Shown: positions 29,281 to 39,572, counted from the stretch's first letter. The stretch: 64,000 nucleotides of DNA from an uncultured Chloroflexia bacterium (GCA_963813535.1 CAWEZH010000002.1:736001-800000); one strand, 5' to 3'. Made by a program: numbers and translations. The notes: generated by a model from the sequence alone, not told the origin.

Positions 29281-30174
29281 ATGCATCGAGTCGTAGTCGA
29301 CAACTTCTTCCTGATCGCGTTCGCAGTATTCGCGGCAGCGTCGTTGGTGATCATCGGCTCGCCGCTCCGAAAGGGTCTGCGTGCGTCAGTAGCGGCCGAT
29401 CTGCCCGGGGTGATCCTTGGTCTTCTCGCAGGCGTCGTGTTTTCGGCGCTGCTCGCATTCGCCAATGCCGTCGTCGCCGTGGCTGCCCTTATTCCTACAT
29501 CTCGGGAGGGATTCTTCGTCCAGTACGTGCTGTGGCCTTTCCTGTATGTGGCCAGTCTCGTGTCACTGGTAGTGCTCGATGGCTTCGCCATTCGGCCGCT
29601 TCGCCCCGGGAAGCGTGCCGGCGCTGTAGGGCGTGGGTTCGTGAGCGGCTTTGCCGTGGTAGCCGTTGGTATTGCGGCGGCCGGGGCGGTTATGGCGGCG
29701 GCACAGGTGGCGGAGCAAAGAGCGCAGGCCGAGGAGGCTCAAGCCGTCGAGGTGCGCTCTGCGGGATTGTCGATGGTGATCACGGTCGTCGATGCGCGGC
29801 TCGGAAATGGGACGGTCAACGGGACGATCGTGTCGCACCTCACGCTCGACGTCACAGTCCGTTCGACGACGGAGATCCAACTTCGGCAAGCGGCGTCAGG
29901 TTTCCACTCTCACTGGATCAACCTGGCTCCTCCCGGGACAGGGTTCCCAGTCCAGCCCGAGGGGGGATTGGGCCTCCCGACGCACATCCCGGCGGGCTCT
30001 GATGTCACCTATCGGCTCGAGGTGCCTATCGACGAATTGCGGCTCGAGCCTGCGGACGAATTCACCGCCGGGACCTGGACGGCCTCCCTGTTCCTTGAAG
30101 GGAACGGCGGCGTCCCTGGATCGCCGCCCATGTACAAGGCCGAGACCTCGTTCATTGTTCCTGACGCGCCGTAG
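29281..30174 (+). CDS. Hypothetical membrane protein with C-terminal beta-rich domain
   Basis: About four TM helices then a soluble region; more T-ending codons than core genes. Confidence 0.65.
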   Translation: MHRVVVDNFFLIAFAVFAAASLVIIGSPLRKGLRASVAADLPGVILGLLAGVVFSALLAFANAVVAVAALIPTSREGFFVQYVLWPFLYVASLVSLVVLDGFAIRPLRPGKRAGAVGRGFVSGFAVVAVGIAAAGAVMAAAQVAEQRAQAEEAQAVEVRSAGLSMVITVVDARLGNGTVNGTIVSHLTLDVTVRSTTEIQLRQAASGFHSHWINLAPPGTGFPVQPEGGLGLPTHIPAGSDVTYRLEVPIDELRLEPADEFTAGTWTASLFLEGNGGVPGSPPMYKAETSFIVPDAP

Positions 30175-30247
30175 GCATGACCTCGCTTCGGGGGCCATCG
30201 GCCTGGGTATCCGTGGCGCTCGACGGTCTTGACGTAGGAGGTGGGGA

Positions 30248-30625
30248 GTGAAGCGGTGGCGTGTCCCGACTTGGTTGCTTTTGATCTGGACGGTCCTCTG
30301 CATTGCATGGATCGCGGCCGGCCCAAGGTTCTTCCCCTTCAGTGGAGGCGCAAACCCGATGGCCCCGTCGGTCGCGGTCGCGGGCATCTTCTTCTTCTGG
30401 TGCGTAGGCATGATCGTGCTCGGCGTGATCTGGTTCGTGACTCTGCCGCGCGCGGCGCCGGCCACCATCGGTCCGTTGCCGTGGGGACCGAACAGTTACC
30501 CGGGGGACCGGATGGCATGTGGGCGCTGCAACAAGCCGCTCAGCCCAGCCTGGCGCGGGAAGTGCATGCACTGCGGCGCGGCCTTCGCCGAATACAACCC
30601 GATCCCCCGCGACCCGCAGGTCTGA
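30248..30625 (+). CDS. Membrane protein with C-terminal zinc ribbon
   Basis: Two TM helices; CGRC...CMHCG; RBS GGAGGTG. Confidence 0.7.
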   Translation: MKRWRVPTWLLLIWTVLCIAWIAAGPRFFPFSGGANPMAPSVAVAGIFFFWCVGMIVLGVIWFVTLPRAAPATIGPLPWGPNSYPGDRMACGRCNKPLSPAWRGKCMHCGAAFAEYNPIPRDPQV

Positions 30626-30741
30626 CAGAGCGGCTGTATGGGGTCGGGGCAGCGTTACGAAGTCCGGCGCTGACCTCGGTCCGGCCCGCAGCGGATCCGT
30701 CACTGCAGGTCGGTCGTCGGTCATCAGGCGGCCAAAGGTCG

Positions 30742-30771
30742 GGCCCCCGCCCGGACAAGCCGGCGGGGGCC
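30742..30771 (-). terminator. Hairpin downstream of tRNA-Pro
   Basis: ggcccccgcccgg / ccggcgggggcc near-perfect inverted repeat. Confidence 0.5.
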
Positions 30772-30788
30772 TTCTCACGTTCAGATAT

Positions 30789-30865
30789 TGGTCGGGGCGG
30801 CGGGATTCGAACCCACGACCACCAGTCCCCCAGACTGGTGCGCTACCAGACTGCGCCACGCCCCG
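30789..30865 (-). tRNA. tRNA-Pro (anticodon GGG)
   Basis: CGGGGCGTGGCGCAGTCTGGTAGCGCA-CCAGT-CTGGGGG-ACTGG...GGTTCGAATCCCGC-CGCCCCG-ACCA. Confidence 0.97.
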
Positions 30866-30906
30866 ACGGGGTGCCGAGTCTAGCACGGGGCCACCGCCCG
30901 GCCGCC

Positions 30907-31923
30907 CTACAAGAGGTCCTGCAACTCGTCCTTCGATTCGCGCGACAGCAGGTCGATGAGACAACGCTGCACGCTCTTGCCCTCGAACAGCGCGCGATGG
31001 ACCTCGCGGGCGATCGGCATCTCGACCCCGTGGCGATCGGCGAGCGCGAGCGCCGCATCGACCGTGTAGGCGCCCTCGGCGGTCCCTGGCAGCGTCGCCT
31101 CGATCTCCGCCCATGACCGGCCCTTGGCCAGCTCCTCGCCGAGTCGATGGTTGCGCGACAAGCGCGAGCCGCAGGTCGCGATCACATCGCCGATCCCGGC
31201 CAGCCCGGCGAACGTCAGTCGATTGGCGCCGGCCGCCGCCCCGAGCCGGATCATCTCGGCCAGGCCCCGGGTCATCAGCCCGGCCTTGCCGTTGTCACCG
31301 AATCCGAGACCGTCGGCTGCCCCGGCCGCGATCGCGATGACGTTCTTGAGCGCGCCGCACAGCTCGACTCCGAGGATGTCGTTGTTGACGTAGAGGCGGA
31401 ATTCGCGGCGGCCCAGTCGATCGGCGATCCGGTTGGCGAGATCGAGGTCGGACGCGGCGATGACGGCCGAGGCCGGCAATCCCCGTGCGATCTCGGACGC
31501 GAGGTTGGGACCGGACAGCGCGGCGATCCGTTCCGGCGCGATGCCGCCCGCGTCGGCGATCACCTCGCTCATCCGGAGCAGCGTGCCGTTCTCCAGGCCC
31601 TTGACGACCGACAGCACGTCCGCGGACGCGGCGATGGACGGCGCGACGCTACTCGCGACCGACCGGAGGTGCGACGACGGGGCCGCGAGGATCACGAGGT
31701 CGGTCGCGCCGACCACCGCGGCCGGGTTCGCGGTCGCGACCACGTCCTCGGGCAGGTCGATCCCTGGCAGCCGGCGCTCGTTCCGGTGCGTCGCGTTGAT
31801 CTCGTCCGCCACCTCGGCACGATGCGTCAGGAGAAGGACCGGTTCGCGCCGGGCGACGATCGACGCCAGGGTCGTACCCCATGCCCCGGCCCCGACCACC
31901 GCGACGGTCGGCGAGGCGGCCAT
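30907..31923 (-). CDS. gpsA: NAD(P)H-dependent glycerol-3-phosphate dehydrogenase
   Basis: GAGAWGT, KGLE, LSGPNLA.E, GALKNVIAIAAG, GDVIATC..SRN. Confidence 0.96.
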   Translation of the reverse strand: MAASPTVAVVGAGAWGTTLASIVARREPVLLLTHRAEVADEINATHRNERRLPGIDLPEDVVATANPAAVVGATDLVILAAPSSHLRSVASSVAPSIAASADVLSVVKGLENGTLLRMSEVIADAGGIAPERIAALSGPNLASEIARGLPASAVIAASDLDLANRIADRLGRREFRLYVNNDILGVELCGALKNVIAIAAGAADGLGFGDNGKAGLMTRGLAEMIRLGAAAGANRLTFAGLAGIGDVIATCGSRLSRNHRLGEELAKGRSWAEIEATLPGTAEGAYTVDAALALADRHGVEMPIAREVHRALFEGKSVQRCLIDLLSRESKDELQDLL

Positions 31924-33559
31924 CAACGGGCCCGGCGGGACCGCGGCGATGTGGTCCGACGCGTCGGCTTCGGGGGCGCGGAGCGGGTCTTTCGCCGCCG
32001 CGGTAGCTTGACCGAGGCCCGATCGCGGAACACGAGCCGGATCGGCGTCCCGTGGAACCCGAACGTGTCGCGCAACCGGTTCTCGAGGTAGCGCCGGTAC
32101 GAGAAGTGCACGGACGATGCATCCGAGGCGAAGAAGACGAAGGTCGGCGGCGAGATCGCCGCCTGCGTGGCATAGAACAGCTTGGGCCGCTTGCCACGGA
32201 CGAGCGGTGGCGGGGTCCGGTCGGTCGCCGCCATGAGCATCCGGTTCAGCTCGCCGGTCGGGACACGCTTCCGCCGTTCGGCCCAGATGTCGACGGCCAG
32301 CTCGAGCACGCGGCCGACGCGCTGCCCGGTCTTGGCGCTGATCGAGACGACCGGGGCGAACTCGAGGAACGGGGCGTCGTTGCGGATCCATTCGATGTAC
32401 TGGTCGAACGTCTTGTCGGTCTTGTCCTCGACCAGGTCCCACTTGTTGACGGCCACGACCAGGCCCTTGCCCTCCTCCACGGCATAGCCGGCGACGTGGG
32501 CGTCCTGGGCGGTCAGACCTTCGACCGCATCGATGACGAGGACGGCCACGTCCGCCCGAGACAGCGCGGTCAGGGCACGCATCGTCGAGTAGCGCTCGGC
32601 GGCCGCACCGGACGCGACCTTGCCCCGACGACGGATGCCGGCGGTGTCGATGAGCACGACCTCGCTGCGGCCCCAGGCCAGACGGGTGTCGATCGCGTCG
32701 CGGGTCGTGCCGGGGACCTCGGAGACGATCGTCCGCTCTTCGCCGAGGAGGGCGTTGAGAAGGCTGGACTTGCCGACATTCGGGCGCCCGACGAACGCGA
32801 TGGCAGCGGGCGCGGTGTCGGCCTCCGCGGCGATCGCGGCGTCCCAGCGTGCCCCCTCGGCATCGGCGCTGGAGGAAGCCGCCCCGCCTCGGCGTCGCCG
32901 TCAAGGTCCGCTTCGGGTTCGCCGACGACGAACGGCTCGAGCCGGCCCGCGGCGACCTCATCGGCCCACGCATCGGCCTCGGCCTCGCGCTGCTTTCGGG
33001 CGAGCTCCTCCTCGCTCTCCGGCGGCAGCGCCCAGACGATCGCGTCGAGCAGGTCGCCGGTCCCGCGACCATGCGATGCGGAGATGGGATACGTCTCGTC
33101 CCAACCGAGGGCATGGAACTCAGCGGCCTCGATCTCGCGCTTCTCGTTATCGGCCTTGTTGACTGCGACGATCACCGGTGCCGGGGCGCGGCGCAGCAGC
33201 TCGGCCGCCTCGAGATCGGCGGGCGTCATGCCGACCGCGGCATCGACGACGAACACGATCACGTCGGCCTCGGAGATGGCCAGCCGTGCCTGCTCCTGGA
33301 CACGCAGCTCGATCGGGTCGTCGGTATCGACCTCGAGCCCGCCGGTGTCGATCAGCACGAACCGCCGACCATTCCATTCCGCGTCGCCGTACAGCCGGTC
33401 CCGGGTCGTCCGGGCCCGGTCCTCGACGATCGCCGTGCGCGTGCCGATGACGCGGTTGAACAGCGTGCTCTTGCCGACGTTGGGCCGGCCGACGATGGCG
33501 ACGAGCGGGACCGCACCACCGAGGCGAGGGCGCCGCACGGCGCCGGTCCGGGACGCCAC
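31923..33559 (-). CDS. der: Ribosome biogenesis GTPase Der, apparent frameshift near 32883
   Basis: Two GRPNVGKS/DTxG/NKxD GTPase domains plus a KH-like tail; frame changes in a G run in the linker. Confidence 0.94.
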
Positions 33560-33564
33560 GGCGC

Positions 33565-34542
33565 TCAGGCCGCGCCAGACGCCGGCGTGGACGTGATGTG
33601 CGGGAGTGACGTCGTGCGACCGGCCGGAGTCGCGGCACGACCCAGTGCAGCCTCGGCGAGCTCCTCGGCCTTGGCGGCGACCTCGGGCGTGCCCGCCAGC
33701 TCGAGGATGCGTCGGGCGACGTCACGCAGGTCCTCGATCGGGGTCGATGTCCCGCCGGTCACGCCCACGACACGTGCCCCCTCGAACGCTGCAGCGTCGG
33801 TGAGGTCACGCTCGCCCTCGATCTGGAGCGCGTGCGTGCCGGCGATCTCGCAGAGACGCGTGAGCTCCTTGGTGTTCGCGCTCGATCGCCCGCCCACCAC
33901 CACCATGAGGTCGACCTCGGCGGCCGTTTCCATCGTGTCCTGCTGCCGCCGGATCGTGACCGGGCAGACCGTGTTGACGATCTTGAGCTCGTGGGCACGG
34001 GACACCATCAGGGCCGCGAGCTTCTCGAACTTCCACGGCGGCTGCGTCGACTGCGACAGCAGCGCCATCCGCTTCTTGCGCGGGATCGCGGCGTCCCACT
34101 CCTCTTCCTCGTCGACGACGATCGCGTCGGGCGCGAATCCCAGCAGGCCGACGACCTCAGGGTGCTTGGGCGTCCCGAGGACGACGATCGTGTAGCCCTC
34201 CTCGACGAGGCGGGCGAGCTCCTTCTGCTCCTGGATCACCCAGGTGCAGGTGCCGTCGATGACCTCGAGGCCGCGGGCCTCCGCGCGCTCCATGACGTCC
34301 GGCCGGACACCGTGCGCGCGGATGACCACCGCCGCACCGTGATCGACGTCGTCGAGCGTCTCGACGGTCTCGATGCCGAGGTCCTGCAGGTCCCGGACCA
34401 CGCCCTCGTTGTGGACGACCTGGCCGAGGGTATGCGTGGCCTTACCGGCGGCCGACGCCTCCTTGGCTTTGTCGATCGCCTCACGCACGCCATAACAGAA
34501 CCCGGTCCGCTTCGCGATGCGGACCTCTTGGACGGTACCCAC
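33565..34542 (-). CDS. ispH: 4-hydroxy-3-methylbut-2-enyl diphosphate reductase
   Basis: GFCYGV, VVHN, IRAHG, DGTC, HPEV, NTVC..T.RRQ, GGRSSANT, GTSTP. Confidence 0.95.
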   Translation of the reverse strand: MGTVQEVRIAKRTGFCYGVREAIDKAKEASAAGKATHTLGQVVHNEGVVRDLQDLGIETVETLDDVDHGAAVVIRAHGVRPDVMERAEARGLEVIDGTCTWVIQEQKELARLVEEGYTIVVLGTPKHPEVVGLLGFAPDAIVVDEEEEWDAAIPRKKRMALLSQSTQPPWKFEKLAALMVSRAHELKIVNTVCPVTIRRQQDTMETAAEVDLMVVVGGRSSANTKELTRLCEIAGTHALQIEGERDLTDAAAFEGARVVGVTGGTSTPIEDLRDVARRILELAGTPEVAAKAEELAEAALGRAATPAGRTTSLPHITSTPASGAA

Positions 34543-34549
34543 GTCCCGA

Positions 34550-35290
34550 TTATCCCACGGGCTCCGGTTCGGCCACGCTGGCGGGGTTCGTCGCGTAGCG
34601 ACCCCGCTGACGTTCCGGTAGCAGCGCGGCGATGCGCCGCATGATGAGATCCGTGGCTGCCGACTTGGCCGCGCGGCGGTCGATGCCCGGTGGAAGCTCG
34701 TCGACGAGGCGGAACGGCGAACCGACACGGACGGTCACCCGACCGCCCGGATGCGGCAGCTTCTGGCCGCGTGGCCAGCGCTCATAGGAGCCACTGATGC
34801 CGATCGGCACGATCGGGGCACCGGTCCGCAGCGCGAGGACGGCGACACCATCGCGCCCCTGCCCGAGCGTGCCGTCGCGTGACCGCGTCCCTTCAGGGAA
34901 GACGAACAGCGCGTGCCCCTCCTCGAGGATCCGGGCAGCGAGACGGAAGGCCTCGACATCGGCACTCGAGCGGTCGACGGCGTGGACGCCGCCGTTCCGG
35001 GCGAGCCAGCCGATGACCGGCCAATCGAACAGCTCCTTCTTGCCGAGCCATTGGAGACGGCGGCCGAGCCTGGGCATGACGGTCGACCCGAGCACGGGCA
35101 CGTCGAGGTTCGAGCTGTGATTGGCGGCGATGATCACCGGTCCGGTGCGAGGGATCTCGTCCACGGCACCCTCGACCCGCACGCGCGTGAGACCGGCCAG
35201 ACCCACCCGGACGGCGCCCGCGAGTCCGGACATCCACGGTGCGATGTCCTCGAGGATCGGCGTCGCCTGGCGCCCCGGTTCGTCGGTCAT
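34550..35290 (-). CDS. plsC: 1-acyl-sn-glycerol-3-phosphate acyltransferase
   Basis: NHSSNLD, KKELF, FPEGTRS. Confidence 0.9.
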   Translation of the reverse strand: MTDEPGRQATPILEDIAPWMSGLAGAVRVGLAGLTRVRVEGAVDEIPRTGPVIIAANHSSNLDVPVLGSTVMPRLGRRLQWLGKKELFDWPVIGWLARNGGVHAVDRSSADVEAFRLAARILEEGHALFVFPEGTRSRDGTLGQGRDGVAVLALRTGAPIVPIGISGSYERWPRGQKLPHPGGRVTVRVGSPFRLVDELPPGIDRRAAKSAATDLIMRRIAALLPERQRGRYATNPASVAEPEPVG

Positions 35291-35985
35291 GACGACGAGC
35301 GTGCCGGCTCCAGTCGCGCCTCCGCGTCCCGGATCGCCCCCGCGACCGCCTCGACGGTCTCCTCGAACGTGTTGCCGTCGGTCGTGATGATCCGGGCATC
35401 GGGCGGGATACGAAGCGGCGCCACGGCCCGGGTGCTGTCCAGGCGATCGCGCCGTCGCAGGGACTCGAGGATCGACTGCCCCTCGGGACCATCGAAATCG
35501 ATGCCGCGCTGCTCGGCGCGCCGGCGAGCACGCTCCTCGACCGAAGCGTCGAGGTAGATCTTGAGATCGGCGTCCGGCAGCACGATCGTGCCGATGTCGC
35601 GCCCGGCCATCACGATCCCGCCGCCATCGGCGAGCTCGCGCTGCCGGGCGAGGAGCGCCGTTCGGACCTCCGGCACCGCCGACACGGACGAGACGGCCGA
35701 CTCGACCGCCGGTGCCTCGATATCGGCCGTGTGATCGACGTCATCGATGCGGACGCTCGCGAGCTTGCCCGACTTGTCCTCGGCGATCCGGATGTCGTCG
35801 ACGAGATCGACCAGACCCTCGGGGTCATCGACCGACACGCCACGCCCCTCGGCGAGCCACGTCACGGCGCGGTACAGGAGCCCCGTATCGAAGAACCGAT
35901 AGCCGACGTCCTGGGCTGCGGCCGCGCCGACGCTGCTCTTGCCCGACGACCCCGGGCCATCGAGCGCCACCACCAACCGGTCCAT
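35287..35985 (-). CDS. cmk: Cytidylate kinase
   Basis: DGPGSSGKSS, DTGLLYRA, GRDIGT.VLPDA, RRD..D. Confidence 0.95.
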   Translation of the reverse strand: MDRLVVALDGPGSSGKSSVGAAAAQDVGYRFFDTGLLYRAVTWLAEGRGVSVDDPEGLVDLVDDIRIAEDKSGKLASVRIDDVDHTADIEAPAVESAVSSVSAVPEVRTALLARQRELADGGGIVMAGRDIGTIVLPDADLKIYLDASVEERARRRAEQRGIDFDGPEGQSILESLRRRDRLDSTRAVAPLRIPPDARIITTDGNTFEETVEAVAGAIRDAEARLEPARSSS

Positions 35986-36002
35986 GCTCCGAAGGATAGC
36001 CG

Positions 36003-36809
36003 TCAGCCCCGCCCCGACCCGGGCCGCGACGCTCGGGAGCGGCCGGCGCCCGCCGCGAGACCGCGGACCTCCGGCGCCTTGAGTGGTCGGACACCTCCGC
36101 TTCGGAGGCCATCGATCCGGACGGGGCCGATCCGAACGCGCGCGAGCCGGGCGACGGGCGCACCGACGGCGCCGAACATCCGCCGTAACTGGCGCTTCCA
36201 GCCCTGGGTCAGCGTGGCCCGGTACCAGACCAGGTCCGGCGGAGGCGGTCGTAGCAGCCCGACGAGCCGCTCCGTCTCGACAGCCGTCACCGGCCGTAGG
36301 CCGCCGAGCGTGGCCAGTCCCTCGTCGAGCTGGATGCCGGCTTGCAACGCCTCGACCTGGCCGTGATCGAGCGGCCGGTGGAGGCCCAACGCGTACTCCC
36401 GCTCGACGCCGTGGCGTGGATGGAGCACACGCTCGGCCCACTCCCCGTCGTTGGTGAGCACGAGCAGCCCCTCGCTGTCCTGGTCGAGCCGACCGACCGG
36501 GTACAGCCGGGCGCCGTCGGGCACGAGCGCCGTCGGGACCAGGTCCAGCACGGTCGTCGCCGCGTGACGGTCGCGCGTCGTCGACGTGACGCCCGGTGGC
36601 TTGTGCAGCAGCAGATAGGCGTGCGCCGCTGCCGCGCCGATGAGCCGGCCGTCGACGGCGATGACCGACCGCTCGGGATCGGCCTGTGTGCCGACCGTCG
36701 CGACCTTCCCATCGACCGTGACCCGACCCGCGGCGATCATCGACTCGGCGCCGCGTCGGGAGGCGACGCCCGCTGCGGCCAGGACCTTCTGGAGGCGCTC
36801 TGCGGGCAT
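36003..36809 (-). CDS. rluB: rRNA pseudouridine synthase (RluB/RsuA family)
   Basis: ERLQKVLA.AGVASRR S4 domain; YPVGRLD..SEGLL.LTNDG; follows scpB. Confidence 0.88.
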   Translation of the reverse strand: MPAERLQKVLAAAGVASRRGAESMIAAGRVTVDGKVATVGTQADPERSVIAVDGRLIGAAAAHAYLLLHKPPGVTSTTRDRHAATTVLDLVPTALVPDGARLYPVGRLDQDSEGLLVLTNDGEWAERVLHPRHGVEREYALGLHRPLDHGQVEALQAGIQLDEGLATLGGLRPVTAVETERLVGLLRPPPPDLVWYRATLTQGWKRQLRRMFGAVGAPVARLARVRIGPVRIDGLRSGGVRPLKAPEVRGLAAGAGRSRASRPGSGRG

Positions 36810-37525
36810 CAGGCCTCGGTCGGAACGTCGTCCGTGAACAGCGGCTCGGTGAGCGGTTCGCCGCCCTCCTCGGCGAGGCGCGCGGCGACATCGACATCGA
36901 GCGGCGGCAGGTCGGCGAGGCTCGTCAGCCCGAAGCGTTCGAGGAACTCGAAGGCCGTCCCGTACAGGAACGGCCGGCCCGGTCCCTCCGACCGCCCCAG
37001 CTCGACGATCAATCGACGGTGCAGCAACGAACGGACCGTGTAGTCGGAGTCGACGCCGCGGATGCGCTCGATGGCCCCACGGGTGACGGGCTGGCGATAG
37101 GCGACGATCGCCAGGGTCTCGAGGCTCGCCGGGGACAGCCTGACCGCGTCCGCGCCCACGTACCGCGCCACCAGCGCACCAGCCTCCGACGCGGTCGCCA
37201 GCTCGACCCGGTCGCCATCGACGAGCAGGCGGATCCCGCGCTCGGCCAGGCTGACCTCGAGATCGCCGAGACGCTGGTCGACGGTGTCGCGGTCGACACC
37301 CGCGAGCGCCGCGATCTCGCGGCGGCTGAGCGGTCGCTCGGCCACGAAGAGCAGGCCCTCGAGGGCCGCCTCGGTCAGTTCCAGGGGCGGTCGATCCTCG
37401 AGGGAGGCGGATGGGGAGGCAGGCTCGTCCCGGCCATCCGGCTCGGGAGCGCCGAGTTCGAGGCCGTCCACGCCCAGGCCGTCCGCGCCCAGACCGTCCT
37501 GCCCAATGTCCCGCTCGTCGGTCAT
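36809..37525 (-). CDS. scpB: SMC-Scp complex subunit ScpB
   Basis: LS.ASLETLAIVAYRQPVTR..IE.IRGV, GRP.LYGT..FLERFGL.SL.DLP. Confidence 0.96.
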   Translation of the reverse strand: MTDERDIGQDGLGADGLGVDGLELGAPEPDGRDEPASPSASLEDRPPLELTEAALEGLLFVAERPLSRREIAALAGVDRDTVDQRLGDLEVSLAERGIRLLVDGDRVELATASEAGALVARYVGADAVRLSPASLETLAIVAYRQPVTRGAIERIRGVDSDYTVRSLLHRRLIVELGRSEGPGRPFLYGTAFEFLERFGLTSLADLPPLDVDVAARLAEEGGEPLTEPLFTDDVPTEA

Positions 37526-38397
37526 GCGAACGACTCCAGGCTCTCGTCAAGCGGCGCATCATCCGCCAGCTCGTCAGTCGCGCGGGCCACGATGGCGCCC
37601 CACGGCTCCGCCTGCTCGACGATGATCTCGCGCCGCTTCATCAGCTCCAGCATCGCCAGGAACGTGACGGCGACCACGACCCGGTCATGCACGTCTCGGA
37701 GCAGGTCCTGCAGGACGATCTCCGGCGCGTCGCGGAGTGCCGCGCGGATGATCGCGGCGCGCTCCGTCAGCGTCACCGTTCGCGGCATGACCTCGGGCGG
37801 TGGCTCCGGTGGCGGCACGATCAGGGCGAGATGCGTCAGCGAGTCGACGAGCCGCATCGGATCGATGGGGGGCGCGTCCGCCGGTCGCGCTCCTGCCAGG
37901 CCGGCCGCCCGCGCTGCGCCGGCCTCGCGACGAAACAGACCGATGCGTTCCAGTGCGTCATCGGCGAGTCGTCGTCCGGCGTCGCGGTGCGCCTGGTACA
38001 GCAGGAGTCGGGCGCGGAGCTCGGCCTCGGGGTCGAGTCCGTCGTCGCCATCGCCCTGACCCGTGGCGACGGCCGGCGGGCGCGGCAGCATCGCCCGGCT
38101 CTTGATCAGGATCAGCTGCGAGGCGACCGCAACGAACGCGCTGACGTTCCCGAGCCGGTCCGCCTCGAGGCTCGCGAGCGCCTCGAGGTACCCATCGGCC
38201 AGACTGCCCAGGGGCACCGTCAGCACATCGAGCTGACGCGCTTCGATGAGCGACAGGAGCAGACCGAGCGGCCCGTCGAACATCGCCAGTTGCACGTGCG
38301 TGGCGGTCTCGGGTCGTCGCCCCTCGCCGAATCGCACTGCTGGACCGTCCTCCCGCATCACCGGCACGCCGGGGGACCCGGTCAGCTCGGGCAGCAT
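37522..38397 (-). CDS. scpA: SMC-Scp complex subunit ScpA
   Basis: FDGPLGLLL.LI, IKSRAMLP, VTFLAMLEL.K. Confidence 0.94.
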   Translation of the reverse strand: MLPELTGSPGVPVMREDGPAVRFGEGRRPETATHVQLAMFDGPLGLLLSLIEARQLDVLTVPLGSLADGYLEALASLEADRLGNVSAFVAVASQLILIKSRAMLPRPPAVATGQGDGDDGLDPEAELRARLLLYQAHRDAGRRLADDALERIGLFRREAGAARAAGLAGARPADAPPIDPMRLVDSLTHLALIVPPPEPPPEVMPRTVTLTERAAIIRAALRDAPEIVLQDLLRDVHDRVVVAVTFLAMLELMKRREIIVEQAEPWGAIVARATDELADDAPLDESLESFA

Positions 38398-38897
38398 CAG
38401 TTCGCCTCGTCGGCGAGTTGGAGCGCTCGCCCGGCATCGGGATCGACCGGCGCGTCCTGGTGGCGGATCAGCTCGACGGTCCGTGCCGAACACCCTGCCT
38501 CGGCCGCCATCAGGGCGGACCTCTCCGCGTGGTCCCGCAGTCGGTCGAGCGCGGCGCGCCAGCCGGGGACCGCGCCTGCAAATCGCCAGATCCATCCACC
38601 GTAGCCCTGGCCGAGGCTGTACGCGACGCGCGGCCACACCCCCGTCGCACCCTTACCGGCATCGTGGAGCAGGCCGGCGAGGAGGACGTCCGTCTCGGTC
38701 ACGCCGTCGGCCTTGAGCGTGGCGGCCACGTCGAGTCCATGTCGTCGATCGGCGATGTGCATCCCGTCGAAGAGCGCGAGTTGTTCGGGGCTCAGCCAGC
38801 CAGCCAGTGCCGCCCGCTCGTCCGCCCCCACCCGGGCGCGGACGTGCGTTCGGAACTGGCGGACCTTAGATGCCCACCAGGACGCTGACGAATGCAT
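38397..38897 (-). CDS. HD-domain protein
   Basis: DRRH, LLHDAGK, H.E, IRH, LQLAD; start uncertain. Confidence 0.85.
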   Translation of the reverse strand: MHSSASWWASKVRQFRTHVRARVGADERAALAGWLSPEQLALFDGMHIADRRHGLDVAATLKADGVTETDVLLAGLLHDAGKGATGVWPRVAYSLGQGYGGWIWRFAGAVPGWRAALDRLRDHAERSALMAAEAGCSARTVELIRHQDAPVDPDAGRALQLADEAN

Positions 38898-39522
38898 CGA
38901 TGATCGGGATGAGGATGCGCCCGCCGATCGAGCCGCCGGGCGGCAGGAAGAAGACGATCAGCAACAGGATGAAGCCGTACTGCTCCAGGACCGGCCGCCA
39001 GCGCCAGGCGACCTGTGGCGGCAGGAAGGCGAACAACACCTTCGACCCGTCGAGCGGAGGGATCGGGAACAGGTTGAACACCATCAGCACGATGTTGATG
39101 TTCACGAAGATCAACAGGATGTAGATGACGATGAACGGGATCTGGTCGGCCAGCGACGGGTTCGCGAGGATGAACCGGAGCGGCAATGCCGCCGCGACTG
39201 CGAGGACCAGGTTCGACAGCGGGCCCGCGGCGGCGACGATCGCTTCCCCACGACGTCCTCCCTCGAGGTTGTTCGGGTTGACCGGCGTCGGTTTCGCCCA
39301 GCCGAAGGCGAAGCCCGAGCCGCTGATCAGGGTCACGGCCAGCAGGATGCCGCCCAGGGGGTCGAAGTGGACGATCGGGTTGAGGGTGAGCCGGCCCATG
39401 AACCGGGCGGTGCTGTCGCCGAGTCGATAGGCGGCCAGGGCATGGGCGAACTCATGCACCGGGAAGCCGACCAGCAGCATGATGGCGACGACGATGATCG
39501 ACGCCAGGAGTTCTTCAGACAC
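38866..39522 (-). CDS. Site-2 protease (M50)
   Basis: HEFAH, GRLTLNP..H.D, FGWAKP.PVN, AGPLSN, FNLFPIPPLDG. Confidence 0.95.
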   Translation of the reverse strand: MSEELLASIIVVAIMLLVGFPVHEFAHALAAYRLGDSTARFMGRLTLNPIVHFDPLGGILLAVTLISGSGFAFGWAKPTPVNPNNLEGGRRGEAIVAAAGPLSNLVLAVAAALPLRFILANPSLADQIPFIVIYILLIFVNINIVLMVFNLFPIPPLDGSKVLFAFLPPQVAWRWRPVLEQYGFILLLIVFFLPPGGSIGGRILIPIIDAFVSVLVGI

Positions 39523-39572
39523 GGGGTTCCTCTAGGGGTCCGCCGTATGGTACTGGCGCCATCGGCCGTGAG

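Noticed and set aside
30642-30654. Possible att scar resembling the tRNA-Pro 3' end (ggtcggggcagcg vs ggtcggggcggcg)
   Set aside because: 12/13 match in very GC-rich DNA, only about 150 bp from the tRNA and with no integrase; chance cannot be excluded.
32870-32895. Programmed frameshift in der
   Set aside because: No recognisable slippery heptamer, only a short G run; similar indels recur in unrelated genes.
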